Assembly: GCA_030744435.1 (NCBI GenBank) | Contig: JASLQO010000009.1 | Span: 254,176 to 318,175 of the forward strand | Direction: 5' to 3' | Length of the DNA stretch: 64,000 nucleotides | Origin: Pseudomonadales bacterium | Lineage (GTDB): Bacteria > Pseudomonadota > Gammaproteobacteria > Pseudomonadales > Azotimanducaceae | Shown: in pieces, positions 27,895 to 37,314 of the stretch | Numbering within the stretch: the first letter of the stretch is position 1 | Layout: each line of letters opens with the position of its first letter | Program-made: the position numbers and the translations under genes | Notes under the pieces: generated by a model | Database searches by the model: none | Told to the model about the DNA's origin: nothing | The model's input: the letters and a program-made list of their open reading frames with translations, nothing else

Positions 27895-28895
27895 GTGTCT
27901 TCTCCAGAGTCGGATAGTTGAGGTTTGAGAAAGCTCAGGGTTTGAATGCGAAAGCCATTCTTCTGGGCGAGAAACTCGGGTTCGCGTGGCTCGAATCCGG
28001 CGTCGATCGCCCACCGGAGCAGTGTGCTGGTATCGAAACCGAGCCACAGGTCACCGCACGCATCGCGGACCCATTCCTGGTCGTGTTGTACCAGCTCGGC
28101 GATCAGGAGCAGGCCACCGCTGTTGAGCAGGGCGTGTGCGTGTGTAAAAAACCTTGCGGGGGATGGCATGTGGTGTACCACCATGGCGGTCACCAGCAGG
28201 TCGTAATGTGGATGTGCCGGGAGTTGTTCGAACTCCCTATTTTCCAGCCGGACGTTGCCGAGGCCCTCGCACCGGCGCTCGGGTGCCGCGAGCATCGCGA
28301 GAGAACTGTCGATACCGTGCACTCGATCGAAATCCCTGGCGAGACTGGCAAGTAGTTCGCCGTCACCGGGGCCTATCTCCAAAGCCTCTCCTCGCTCAGT
28401 ATCGGTATGGCGCCATGCCGCCACCATGCTCTCAGCGTAGGCTGACGATGGACTGATGAGGGTCTGTTGGCTGGCCAGGGCATTGGCATTGGATGCAAAG
28501 AACGCCTCACTCGATGTCCGTCGTTGACGGTAAGTGGCTTCGAGCCTGGTGGCGATTTCCCCCGGTATGGGCAATTCGTCGATTGTCGAGAACAGATTGG
28601 CGTGCAGAGTGCTGCGTATGGGCGATTCGTCTACGTGCACGCGGCGACGATAGAAGATGCTGTTGCCCTCTCGGTGACGGGCGACCAGTCCCGCCTGATG
28701 CAGCACTTTCAGGTGGTGGCTCAACGCCGGCTGCGCCGTGTCGAAGATGGCGCACAACTCCAGCACGCCGAAAGAGTCGCTGTGCAAAACGCGCAGGATG
28801 TTCGCGCGCAGCCGGTCTCCGGCCGCCTTGGTGACCGCGACGAACTCCTCCAGAGGGGATTCGGGTGATTGTGTCTGTAAAACGACCTGCGGCAT
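27891..28895 (-). CDS. ArsR/SmtB-family HTH fused to a SAM-dependent methyltransferase
   Basis: ORF trimmed to ATG 28895. w[30 protein letters not shown]. Methyltransferase motif [16 protein letters not shown] overlap with ahcY. Confidence 0.85.
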   Translation of the reverse strand: MPQVVLQTQSPESPLEEFVAVTKAAGDRLRANILRVLHSDSFGVLELCAIFDTAQPALSHHLKVLHQAGLVARHREGNSIFYRRRVHVDESPIRSTLHANLFSTIDELPIPGEIATRLEATYRQRRTSSEAFFASNANALASQQTLISPSSAYAESMVAAWRHTDTERGEALEIGPGDGELLASLARDFDRVHGIDSSLAMLAAPERRCEGLGNVRLENREFEQLPAHPHYDLLVTAMVVHHMPSPARFFTHAHALLNSGGLLLIAELVQHDQEWVRDACGDLWLGFDTSTLLRWAIDAGFEPREPEFLAQKNGFRIQTLSFLKPQLSDSGEDT

Positions 28896-28952
28896 GAGTG
28901 GTGCGGCCGTGCCCTTTGCGGAAACGGCGCGCACTATAGCATTGCCTTGGTG

Positions 28953-28974
28953 AATATCAAAATATTTTGATATT
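28953..28974. promoter_or_regulatory. 22-bp perfect palindrome, candidate ArsR-type operator
   Basis: AATATCAAAATATTTTGATATT is perfectly self-complementary. It sits in the divergent gap between the ArsR-methyltransferase gene (start 28895) and the aminotransferase gene (start 29039). Confidence 0.55.
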
Positions 28975-29038
28975 GGGTTTTTGCCTTCAGCCTGCCACAA
29001 TGACTGGCTTTCTCGTGCGGAGAGCGACGAGCACTCAG

Positions 29039-30199
29039 ATGTCTGGACAGAGCCTGCAATCGAAACTGCCCGGGGTGGGTACCACCATCTTCACTGTCAT
29101 GTCTCAGATGGCGGCAGATGAGGGGGCGCTCAATCTGTCCCAGGGGTTTCCGGACTTCGATGGTCCACCGGAACTGCTCGAGCGTGTGCAGTACTACCTC
29201 ACCCATGGCTACAACCAATATCCGCCGATGATGGGGGTGGCGGCGTTGCGCGAAGCAATTTCCCACAAGGTGAGTGATCTGTACGGCCTTGTGGCCGATC
29301 CAGATCGCGAGATCACGGTGACCTCGGGTGCGACCGAGGCGCTGTTCTGCGCGATTGCGGCGGTGGTGCATCCGGGTGACGAGGTGATCGTCTTCGATCC
29401 GGCCTATGACAGCTACGAGCCGGCGGTCACCTTGCAGGGTGGAGTGACGCGCCACATTCCCATGCGCGCACCCGCCTTCGATATCGACTGGGACCTGGTG
29501 GCGGACACTGTGACTGAGCATACGCGCCTGATCATCACCAACACGCCGCACAATCCGAGTGGCAGTATCTGGAGCCTGGCCGATGTCGACGCGTTGCGAC
29601 GCATCGTCTCAGGGCACAGCGTGTTTGTGCTGGCGGATGAGGTATACGAGCACATCGTGTTCGACGGTCTCCAGCATGAGAGCTTGTGTCGCTACCCTGA
29701 TCTCATGGAGCGTAGTTTTGTCGTCTCCTCATTCGGCAAGACCTACCACACCACGGGTTGGAAGGTCGGGTACTGCGTGGCACCGCCGGACCTCACCGCT
29801 GAATTTCGCCGTGTACATCAGTTTGTGACCTTCACCACCAACACGCCGGTGCAGTATGGGCTGGCCGACTTCCTCGAACATCATCCCGAGCACCATCTCG
29901 AGCTGGGTGCCTTCTACCAGCGCAAGCGTGATCTGTTCTGCCAGTTACTGGAAGGTTCGCGCTTCAGCCTCACACCCAGTTCCGGCACCTATTTCCAGTT
30001 GCTCGGGTATGAAAACTACTCTGATGAAGGCGACGTGATCCTCGCCGAGCGATTGACCCGGGAAGCCAAGGTCGCCTCAATTCCGGTGTCGGTGTTCTAC
30101 GAGGATCCCGCCGCTCACGAGCATCGAGTTCTACGCTTGTGTTTCTGCAAGGACGACGCCACCCTGCGCGCGGGAGCGGAGATTCTGTGTCATCTTTGA
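29039..30199 (+). CDS. class I/II aminotransferase (methionine aminotransferase YbdL-like)
   Basis: ORF trimmed to ATG 29039. LNLSQGFPDFDGPPEL, NTPHNPSG, PLP-lysine context SSFGKTYHTTGWKVGY. Confidence 0.85.
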   Translation: MSGQSLQSKLPGVGTTIFTVMSQMAADEGALNLSQGFPDFDGPPELLERVQYYLTHGYNQYPPMMGVAALREAISHKVSDLYGLVADPDREITVTSGATEALFCAIAAVVHPGDEVIVFDPAYDSYEPAVTLQGGVTRHIPMRAPAFDIDWDLVADTVTEHTRLIITNTPHNPSGSIWSLADVDALRRIVSGHSVFVLADEVYEHIVFDGLQHESLCRYPDLMERSFVVSSFGKTYHTTGWKVGYCVAPPDLTAEFRRVHQFVTFTTNTPVQYGLADFLEHHPEHHLELGAFYQRKRDLFCQLLEGSRFSLTPSSGTYFQLLGYENYSDEGDVILAERLTREAKVASIPVSVFYEDPAAHEHRVLRLCFCKDDATLRAGAEILCHL

Positions 30200-30987
30200 C
30201 GGGGCTCGCGCAATGTGAGGATCTCCGCGTGACGTTGATCCAGACGGCCACGCACTGGCACGATCCGGTACGCAACCGGGACATGTTCGACAACTGGTTT
30301 CGACACGTACCGCAGAAAAGCCAGTTGGTGGTGCTGCCGGAGATGTTCTCGACGGGATTTACCATGGCGTCATCTCAGGTTGCTGAACCCATGGATGGCC
30401 CCACTGTGGAGTGGATGTGTGCCCGGGCTGCCGAACTGAACAAGGTAGTGTGCGGGAGCGTGGTCATCGAGGAAGACGGCGCGTTCTACAACCGCTTTCT
30501 CTGGGTGACACCGGCGGGTGTGGAGGGCATCTACGACAAGCGCCACCGTTTTCGCATGGCCGGAGAGCACCAATACTACTCCGCAGGTGCACAGCGTCTC
30601 GTGGTCGAGCTGAAAGGCTGGAGACTGTGTCCGTTGGTATGTTATGACCTGCGTTTCCCCGTGTGGCTGCGCAATCGAGGTGACTATGACGTGCTACTTT
30701 GTGTCGCGAACTGGCCGAGTGTGCGGGAAGTGGCATGGCGAGCGTTGATCCAGGCGCGGGCGGTGGAGAATCTGGCTTACATGGTCGCGGTCAATGCCGT
30801 GGGCACTGACGGCAACGACGTACGCTACAGTGGAGGCAGTGCGGTGTTCGGCCCCGGTGGCGAGGTGCTCGTCGACTGCGGGCGGGTAGAGCACCTCACC
30901 AGTTGCACTCTGAAAGCCGGGGACCTGGCTGCGTTCAGGGACGGGTTTCCGGCGTGGCAGGATGCGGACGAATTCCAACTGAAGTGA
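30196..30987 (+). CDS. nitrilase-superfamily omega-amidase (YafV-like)
   Basis: LPEMFSTGF (Glu), KRHRF (Lys), LVCYDLRFP (Cys) catalytic-triad contexts. The start is uncertain: TTG 30196 overlapping the upstream stop, or GTG 30229. Confidence 0.8.
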   Translation: MTGLAQCEDLRVTLIQTATHWHDPVRNRDMFDNWFRHVPQKSQLVVLPEMFSTGFTMASSQVAEPMDGPTVEWMCARAAELNKVVCGSVVIEEDGAFYNRFLWVTPAGVEGIYDKRHRFRMAGEHQYYSAGAQRLVVELKGWRLCPLVCYDLRFPVWLRNRGDYDVLLCVANWPSVREVAWRALIQARAVENLAYMVAVNAVGTDGNDVRYSGGSAVFGPGGEVLVDCGRVEHLTSCTLKAGDLAAFRDGFPAWQDADEFQLK

Positions 30988-31003
30988 TTGAGGATGTCTG
31001 GTG

Positions 31004-31431
31004 ATGAAAGTGCGAGCACTATTAGCGGCGGGTTGTGTCGTGCTGACCGGAAGTGGCGACTCAGGGGGCAGGTAAGCGCGAAACAGCCGGGAGAGGAGAC
31101 GTACAACGCGTACTGCTTTTCATGCCACGGCGCCGGTGTGGCCGGAGCGCCCAGAATCGGTGATGTTGAGGCCTGGGCGCCTCGCGTCGCCAAAGGCCGG
31201 GTGGTGCTCATCGCGACCAGTCTGCGAGGTATTCCGCCGGGCATGCCGCCCAGGGGCATGTGCATGGATTGCACGGATGCGCAGTTGGCGGATGCAGTGG
31301 ACTACATGCTCGATCACAGCAGGTGGACGGGGTTATTTTGTGGCGAATATCGCCACGTGCAAAGGGATGTCCGCCGTGCGGGCCGCTTGTTCAGTGGGCG
31401 CAGTCCTGGCCCGCTTTTTGCCTATTGTTGA
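31004..31431 (+). pseudogene. lipoprotein-type cytochrome c5-like gene interrupted by a frameshift at a G5 run
   Basis: ATG 31004 gives MKVRALLAAGCVVLTGSGDSGG, then stop 31073. Track ORF 30988..31431, in the next frame, continues QVSAKQPGEETYNAYCFSCHGAGVAGAPRIGD...MPPRGMCMDCTDAQLADAVDYML (heme motif CFSCH). One extra G in the run 31064-31068 would fuse the two frames. Confidence 0.65.
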
Positions 31432-31465
31432 GAGGGAATCGGGAAATTCGAAGCTGGAGCAGGTC

Positions 31466-31885
31466 ATGAGTCGTTACCTTCCGGGAGATGTGGTCTCACG
31501 CCGCAAGGGTGTTGTCATGCACAAGGGTGTGGTGCTACGCGATGGCAGTATTCTCCACAATACGCCGTTTCGTGGAGAGCATGTTTGTTCTGAAGAGGAG
31601 TTTCGAGCAGGAAAACGCCTGCGCGCCACGCGACTGGAAGGATACGAGCGTCGCCGAGTACTGCACCACGCCGAGAACGGCGACCGCCGGCGCTACAATC
31701 TACTCACCAACAACTGTGAGCACACCGTGACAAGAGCGGCCACCGGCAGCGCACACAGTCCGCAACTGACTTCGTGGGTGGCGGGCGTTGGATTGGGCGC
31801 GGTTGCTTTTGCCCTCACGCGTCATCCTGCCATCACCGTGGCGGGCTACGCGCTGGGTTATCGGCTCGTGAAAAAGCTGCGGTGA
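31466..31885 (+). CDS. LRAT/NlpC-P60-like (H-box, NCEH) domain protein with a C-terminal hydrophobic tail
   Basis: ORF trimmed to ATG 31466. VVMHKGVVL His context and YNLLTNNCEHTV Cys motif. The tail is WVAGVGLGAVAFALT...ITVAGYALGY. Confidence 0.7.
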   Translation: MSRYLPGDVVSRRKGVVMHKGVVLRDGSILHNTPFRGEHVCSEEEFRAGKRLRATRLEGYERRRVLHHAENGDRRRYNLLTNNCEHTVTRAATGSAHSPQLTSWVAGVGLGAVAFALTRHPAITVAGYALGYRLVKKLR

Positions 31886-32523
31886 ACGGGGGCAGTAAAG
31901 ACCCCGAAGTCGGGCAACACCAACTTGTGTGCGTGCAGCATCATACGGGGTGAGTGCTGTTGCGCCGATCCGGGTCTTGCGTAGAGGGTATCTCCGAGTA
32001 CCGGATATCCGACCCAGGACAGGTGGACGCGCAGCTGATGCGTGCGTCCGGTGATAGGTTTCAGCAGCAATGTCGTAGTGCCCTCGCTGCATCTGATGGT
32101 GCGCAGCCTGGTACAGCTGGGGTGCCCCTCCGACGAGGAGATGTCCCAACCACCCTCGTGACTCCGGATGTCCGAGCGCAGCCCCGCCACACGGTAGCGG
32201 CTCTTGCGACCACGTCTGAGCGGTAAATCGATTGTCAGAGTTCCGTTGCTGCGCAATTCACCGGCGACGCGGGCGACGTAGTACTTGGATGGAAGGCGCC
32301 TGGCGAAAGCCTGCGTGAGGTGTTTCTGGGTGGCCGCATCGAGAGCCACGGCGAGCACGCCGCTGGTGCCCTTGTCGAGGCGGTGCACCAGGTAGGGTTT
32401 GTCGCACATCGAATGCAGATGGTCCCACAGGCAGGCCTCACCGCTGCGATCAGCCAGCAAGGACACGTCTGTAGGTTTGTTGACTACGAGCAGATGCTCA
32501 TCGGCATGTAGAATTTCAAGCAC
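31858..32523 (-). CDS. RluA-family pseudouridine synthase
   Basis: LLVVNKP..., catalytic Asp motif HRLDKGTSGVL, GRTHQLRVH. GTG start. Confidence 0.85.
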   Translation of the reverse strand: MLEILHADEHLLVVNKPTDVSLLADRSGEACLWDHLHSMCDKPYLVHRLDKGTSGVLAVALDAATQKHLTQAFARRLPSKYYVARVAGELRSNGTLTIDLPLRRGRKSRYRVAGLRSDIRSHEGGWDISSSEGHPSCTRLRTIRCSEGTTTLLLKPITGRTHQLRVHLSWVGYPVLGDTLYARPGSAQQHSPRMMLHAHKLVLPDFGVFTAPVHRSFFTSR

Positions 32524-33670
32524 GCGCCAATTCCCGGGTGACGGTGAGCAATGCGCTTACGTAGCGCACGGTGGCCTCCATGTCGACCGAGTCGGGTAGC
32601 CGATCGTCCGGGTGATGGAACAGCGGATTGCTGCCGAGAATGGAAATGAAGCGTCCATTGCCGTCGTGAATATTGCGCGCCTCACCGTATGGGCGATCGC
32701 CGACCTCGGTGTGCGTATCGGGTGACACGTCGTGTCGGTGCATGGCCTCGCGCATCAGGTCGAGCAACGTCTGGCTCGACGCCTGAATGCGCACCTTCGA
32801 CTCATGCGCGGCGAAGTTGGCGCCGAGATGAAACCATGCGTGTGCACCGGCTATCAGATGATGTTGTTCCGCGAGCCATGCATCGAGACCCACATGTCCG
32901 AGTTCGTGGCCGGTGTTGGCGGTGAATATGATGTCGCGCAGTGGCGGGTCTAGTGCGTACTCGCGTGCGCAGGTGAGCCAGGTGGCAACTCCCCCCCCGC
33001 GCTCAGAGGTGCTGTGCCACCAGCCGCTGCGCGGCGTCATGATGACCAGCGGCGCAAGGTCCGGGTCGGTGCCTTTGATCGCGGCCTGCACGTTACTCGC
33101 CTCGGTGGCCTCGAGGCTGGTGTGAGAGACGAACTCTCCTTCGGACCCGTCTCTGGCCTCGGCGGTCAGCCAGTCGCGGTGCAGCGTCGCCACTTGCAGC
33201 ACCGGCGGACCGTATGGAGCCTGCCACTTATCTGCATTGAGCAGTGCCAGTCCCTCTCGCACCCCCTCACCGCGCGCCACGGCGACGATGGCCTGATGTC
33301 TGGCTTGCAGCCGTGCGTTTTCCAGATGATCGTTGCTCGGGTGGCCGGCGAAAGGAGTGAACTGTGTGATCGCGATGGTATCGGGAGAACCTCCGAGTGG
33401 CGCAAGCGGTGCGCTTAAAACCTGCGCACCCGTGAATCCGCCGTCGAACAACGGGACGCCCTCCGCGATACGATTGCGGACCATTATCTCGCAGCGCTTC
33501 AGAACGCGCCTGTGGAACGGAAAGCGGTGCAATACGGGGTCGAGGCCCGCGTGAGTCAGTTCCGCGGCGAGCCAGTCGGCGGTTTCCGCATCTCCACGGG
33601 TTCCAGTGCGGTGGCTGGTGATCTGATCCCAGCGCCGGATATCCGCCTCGATCTGTTCTCTTAGCTGCAA
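32516..33670 (-). CDS. hypothetical protein, possibly an M28-like metallopeptidase fold
   Basis: 384-aa ORF. TTG start behind a GAGGAGG RBS. RTGTRGDAETADWLAAEL and FTANTGHELGHVG resemble aminopeptidase-like families. The assignment is weak. Confidence 0.5.
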   Translation of the reverse strand: MQLREQIEADIRRWDQITSHRTGTRGDAETADWLAAELTHAGLDPVLHRFPFHRRVLKRCEIMVRNRIAEGVPLFDGGFTGAQVLSAPLAPLGGSPDTIAITQFTPFAGHPSNDHLENARLQARHQAIVAVARGEGVREGLALLNADKWQAPYGPPVLQVATLHRDWLTAEARDGSEGEFVSHTSLEATEASNVQAAIKGTDPDLAPLVIMTPRSGWWHSTSERGGGVATWLTCAREYALDPPLRDIIFTANTGHELGHVGLDAWLAEQHHLIAGAHAWFHLGANFAAHESKVRIQASSQTLLDLMREAMHRHDVSPDTHTEVGDRPYGEARNIHDGNGRFISILGSNPLFHHPDDRLPDSVDMEATVRYVSALLTVTRELARA

Positions 33671-33765
33671 GTTGCCTCCTCGATCCGGGCCTCATTCGGA
33701 TGGTGTCGCCACCCGGCAATGATACGTACCATAGTCACCCTGTGGGTATACGGGGAATCAGGCAG

Positions 33766-34644
33766 GTGAATCTGCGCGATCTGCGCTATCTGGTAGCGGT
33801 AGCCGAACACCGTCACTTCGGTCGTGCGGCCCGGGCCTGCTTCGTGAGTCAGCCGACCTTGTCCACGCAACTGAAGAAGTTGGAAGAAACCCTTGGCGTG
33901 GTGTTGATAGAACGCACCAACCGTCAGGTGATGCTGACGGCTGTGGGCGAGCGCATCGTTGCCCAGGCTGAGCGTGTGTTGTTGGAGGTCAGCCAGCTGG
34001 CCCACATCGCCGATGAATACCGGGATCCGTTCGGCGGCGAGTTCCGGCTCGGCATCATCCCGACCGTCGCGCCCTATTTGCTGCCGAAAATACTGAGCCC
34101 CGTGGGGCGGGCATTGCCGCACCTGAACATCCAGCTGAATGAGGGGCAGACCGCGTCGATCGTGCGGTCGTTGAAAGCCGGTGAGCTCGACGCCGTGATT
34201 CTGGCGCTTCCGAGCGATGAGGAAAACGTCGTCGAGAGGCACCTGTATCGTGAGGCGTTTTTGATGGCTGTACCGAAAGGGCACCCGTGCGCGAGGCGTA
34301 AATCAGTGGCGGAATCCGACCTCGAGAACGAGACGGTGTTGCTGCTCGAAGATGGCCACTGTCTGCGGGATCAGGCTCTGGCCGTGTGCAGCTCACACAA
34401 TGCCTTGGAGAATACGAGTTTTAGGGCCACCAGCCTCGAGACGCTGAGACAGATGGTAGCCGCGGAGGCTGGAATCACGCTCATGCCCGAGCTCGCGGTG
34501 AGTGGACGCTCGGCCAGCGTGCGCTACATTCCATTTCGCGGTAAGAACCCACCACATAGGGATATCGGTTTGTGTTGGCGCGCCAGCTCCACCAGGGAGC
34601 CGTTACTCGAGAAACTCTCGCAAGTGCTGAGGGCGAGTGCCTAG
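33766..34644 (+). CDS. oxyR: LysR-family hydrogen-peroxide sensor OxyR
   Basis: GTG 33766. NLRDLRYLVAVAEHRHFGRAA...SQPTLSTQLKKLEE and the redox Cys pair context LLLEDGHCLRDQALAVC. Confidence 0.85.
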   Translation: MNLRDLRYLVAVAEHRHFGRAARACFVSQPTLSTQLKKLEETLGVVLIERTNRQVMLTAVGERIVAQAERVLLEVSQLAHIADEYRDPFGGEFRLGIIPTVAPYLLPKILSPVGRALPHLNIQLNEGQTASIVRSLKAGELDAVILALPSDEENVVERHLYREAFLMAVPKGHPCARRKSVAESDLENETVLLLEDGHCLRDQALAVCSSHNALENTSFRATSLETLRQMVAAEAGITLMPELAVSGRSASVRYIPFRGKNPPHRDIGLCWRASSTREPLLEKLSQVLRASA

Positions 34645-35222
34645 CCGAGATCCGAGATCAGGCTTGCACGCACGAGTTCACCTACCTCGATGGAACATTG
34701 CATCGCGGGATGATCGATGCCCATCGTCAGCCGTTCGCCTGAATGCAGGGCGTTGATCTGATCTGCGTCGAGTTCGAAACGCAGAAAGTGCACCGCGGAG
34801 GTCTTCTCGTCGTTGGAGCGTTCAAGATCCTCGTTGGCGATGGCGTAAACCGGGTCGTGTGTGCCGATCGCAATCCAGATGCGGTGTTCGATGCCGGTCA
34901 TGCGCGCAAGTGCCTCGCGCCGCTGTTCTGCGTCGGCGTATTCGAGCATGAAGGTTGCTTTCCAGTTGCTACCGTCCGGAATCATGGGGTTGTAAGCGTC
35001 GATTTCCGCCTGGATGGCATCGGGCTCGAAGATACGTTCTACGCGCAGCATCTCCTGTACCTGATACTTCATCGTGATGAAGTCCTCGAAATAGAGGGTT
35101 GCGTGGCCGCCGAGAGGCACCTGACGGTTTTTCTTGTGGTTGATGACCTGCGTGCGGAATCGCGTACGCTCCATTGCGTAGGATTCGAGGTTCCAGAGGT
35201 TCGAACGGTTTAGCTTGGTCAT
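34641..35222 (-). CDS. DUF3501 family protein
   Basis: 193 aa. The pattern ...ATLYFEDFITMKYQVQEMLRVERIF...FMLEYADAEQRREAL...VHFLRFEL matches DUF3501 as I recall it. Translationally coupled (TGATG) to the upstream Fe-S gene. Confidence 0.75.
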   Translation of the reverse strand: MTKLNRSNLWNLESYAMERTRFRTQVINHKKNRQVPLGGHATLYFEDFITMKYQVQEMLRVERIFEPDAIQAEIDAYNPMIPDGSNWKATFMLEYADAEQRREALARMTGIEHRIWIAIGTHDPVYAIANEDLERSNDEKTSAVHFLRFELDADQINALHSGERLTMGIDHPAMQCSIEVGELVRASLISDLG

Positions 35223-36553
35223 CAGATACCGTACGCCTTACGCACCATAGAGATTGGATGACTCGCCTCGCCGGCGTCCTCCAGCCCGTGCGCGATCATG
35301 CGTCCGGCCATCGGGCAGTCGGAGCCGAACCGGTCCGGCTCGATCTCCGTGACCCGTCTCACAACTGGCCGGGCGATCTTCATGGCCTTCTCGTAAGTTT
35401 CTTCCTTCACGGCATAGGTGCCGTCATGGCCGGAACAGCGTTCGATGGTCGTGACTTCCGTATCCGGCACGAGACTCAGGAAGTCGGAGGTCTTCGCACC
35501 TATGGCCTGCACACGCTGATGGCAAGCCACGTGATAGGCGACCTTGCCGAGTGGGTGGGTAAAGCGCGTATCGATGAGGCCGGCTTTGTGCCGCGCCATC
35601 AGATACTCGAATGGATCGAAGAAAGCGGCCTTCACCCGGGCGACATTGGTATCCGCAGGGAACATGAGAGGTAGTTCCTGCTTGTACATGAGAACACAGG
35701 ACGGAATGGGGGCAATGATGTCGTAGCCCTGATCCAACGCTTCGAGGAACACGGGTATGTTTGCATCCTTGAGTTTTTCCACCTTTTCCAGATCGCCGAG
35801 TTCGAGCTTGGGCATGCCACAGCATCTCGCGTCTTTGAGGATGCGCGCCGGGACGTCGTTGTGGTTCAGCACGGCTACGAGGTCCTCGATGACCTGTGGT
35901 TCGTTGTGATCGCCGTAGCAGGTTACATAGATTGCAACCTTGCCGGTCGTACCTCCGGCCGACGTCGCAGCCAGGCTCGCGCCGATGTGTTCGGCCAGCC
36001 GCCTGGTGACGGGTTTGGCCGTGAAAGGCGGCAGCGGTGCGTCCTCGTGGATCCCGGCAATATTCTCCCCGAGATCACGCATCGTTTCATTGCCGGTCGC
36101 CCAGTTGGCCAGCGGTGCGATGCCTGGAAGGCTGATCGCGTCAAACACGGGGTCCGTACTCGTGATCAACCGGTCGCGCCACTTCGTATCGCCCTTGCGA
36201 AACCGGTATGCCTTCGCCCTCAGCATGAGGTGTGGAAAATCGACTGCCCAGTCATGGGGGGGCAGGTAGGGGCACTTGGTCTCCGCGCACAGGTCGCATA
36301 GGAAACACTGATCCACAACCTTCATGTAGTCATCGTTGTCCACACCGTCTACTTCGAAAGTGTCGGATTCGTCTACCAGATCGAACAGGGTCGGAAAGGA
36401 TGCGCACAGAGACACACAGCGACGGCACCCGTGGCAGATGTCGTACACCCGCTCGAGTTCGCTGTACAGCGATTGTTTGTCGTAGAACTCGTCCGAGCGC
36501 CAGTCGAGAGGCTGACGATCGGGCGCTTCGAGGCTGCCTTCGCGTACGGTCAT
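35222..36553 (-). CDS. (Fe-S)-binding protein with CCG domains (HdrD/GlpC-like)
   Basis: ORF trimmed to ATG 36553. Ferredoxin-type [11 protein letters not shown] and [13 protein letters not shown]. Cys-rich CCG-type motif DARCCGMPK. Confidence 0.85.
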   Translation of the reverse strand: MTVREGSLEAPDRQPLDWRSDEFYDKQSLYSELERVYDICHGCRRCVSLCASFPTLFDLVDESDTFEVDGVDNDDYMKVVDQCFLCDLCAETKCPYLPPHDWAVDFPHLMLRAKAYRFRKGDTKWRDRLITSTDPVFDAISLPGIAPLANWATGNETMRDLGENIAGIHEDAPLPPFTAKPVTRRLAEHIGASLAATSAGGTTGKVAIYVTCYGDHNEPQVIEDLVAVLNHNDVPARILKDARCCGMPKLELGDLEKVEKLKDANIPVFLEALDQGYDIIAPIPSCVLMYKQELPLMFPADTNVARVKAAFFDPFEYLMARHKAGLIDTRFTHPLGKVAYHVACHQRVQAIGAKTSDFLSLVPDTEVTTIERCSGHDGTYAVKEETYEKAMKIARPVVRRVTEIEPDRFGSDCPMAGRMIAHGLEDAGEASHPISMVRKAYGI

Positions 36554-36633
36554 GAGAATTCTGAGATAGTGGAAAGAGAGGAAGAAGGACGGGTGCGCAC
36601 ACACCCGCCCTGCGGCTGTCGCCGGGGCTGGTG

Positions 36634-37050
36634 TCAGCCCATCGCGTCCAGGGCTTTCTGGAAGCGGTTGGCATGCGAGCGCTCGGCCTTCGCCAGCGTC
36701 TCGAACCAATCGGCGATTTCATCGAAACCCTCGTCACGCGCGGTTTTGGCCATGCCCGGATACATATCGGTGTATTCGTGCGTTTCACCCGCGATAGCGG
36801 CTTTCAGATTGTTCTCGGTGTTACCGATGGGCAGTCCGGTGGCTGGATCGCCAACGCTTTCCATGTATTCGAGATGGCCGTGTGCGTGGCCTGTTTCACC
36901 CTCGGCAGTGGAGCGGAACACGGTTGCGATATCGTTCTCGCCTTCGACGTCCGCCTTTGCCGCGAAGTACAGGTACCGGCGGTTGGCCTGCGACTCACCT
37001 GCGAATGCGTCCTTCAGATTTTGCAGAGTATTGCTGTCCTTGAGATCCAT
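36634..37050 (-). CDS. rubrerythrin-family ferritin-like protein (no rubredoxin domain)
   Basis: [46 protein letters not shown] di-iron ligand motifs. 138 aa. Confidence 0.9.
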   Translation of the reverse strand: MDLKDSNTLQNLKDAFAGESQANRRYLYFAAKADVEGENDIATVFRSTAEGETGHAHGHLEYMESVGDPATGLPIGNTENNLKAAIAGETHEYTDMYPGMAKTARDEGFDEIADWFETLAKAERSHANRFQKALDAMG

Positions 37051-37168
37051 GACGTCTTTCCCCCTTGGATGTTGAGCCCGCCTGCCTGGTGGTCGGCGGT
37101 ATTTGGTTTCGAGTGCTCAGTATAAGCGCTCGGGCGCTCGGGGCTATTCGAAAGTATGAATGATGGTG

Positions 37169-37183
37169 ATAGACAGAAACTAT
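37169..37183. promoter_or_regulatory. OxyR-type half site ATAG-N7-CTAT
   Basis: ATAGACAGAAACTAT lies about 120 nt upstream of the rubrerythrin start, in the divergent gap. Only one clean half of the four-element OxyR motif is visible. Confidence 0.3.
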
Positions 37184-37314
37184 TGATGCGGGAAGAACAT
37201 TAGGCCACCCATATAATAATGATTCTCACTCAGTCGCGTCACGCTGCGCGCAGGCACCCCACCCGGGGGCGGCAACGGGTACAATGCGCGGCCCTCCGAA
37301 CACCGGATACGTCA

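Noticed and set aside
28896-29038. Looked for an SAH riboswitch, which is common upstream of ahcY in proteobacteria.
   Set aside because: ahcY here is translationally coupled to the upstream ArsR-methyltransferase gene. The only leader available contains an AT-rich palindrome, but I could recognise no GC-rich pseudoknot-type SAH element.
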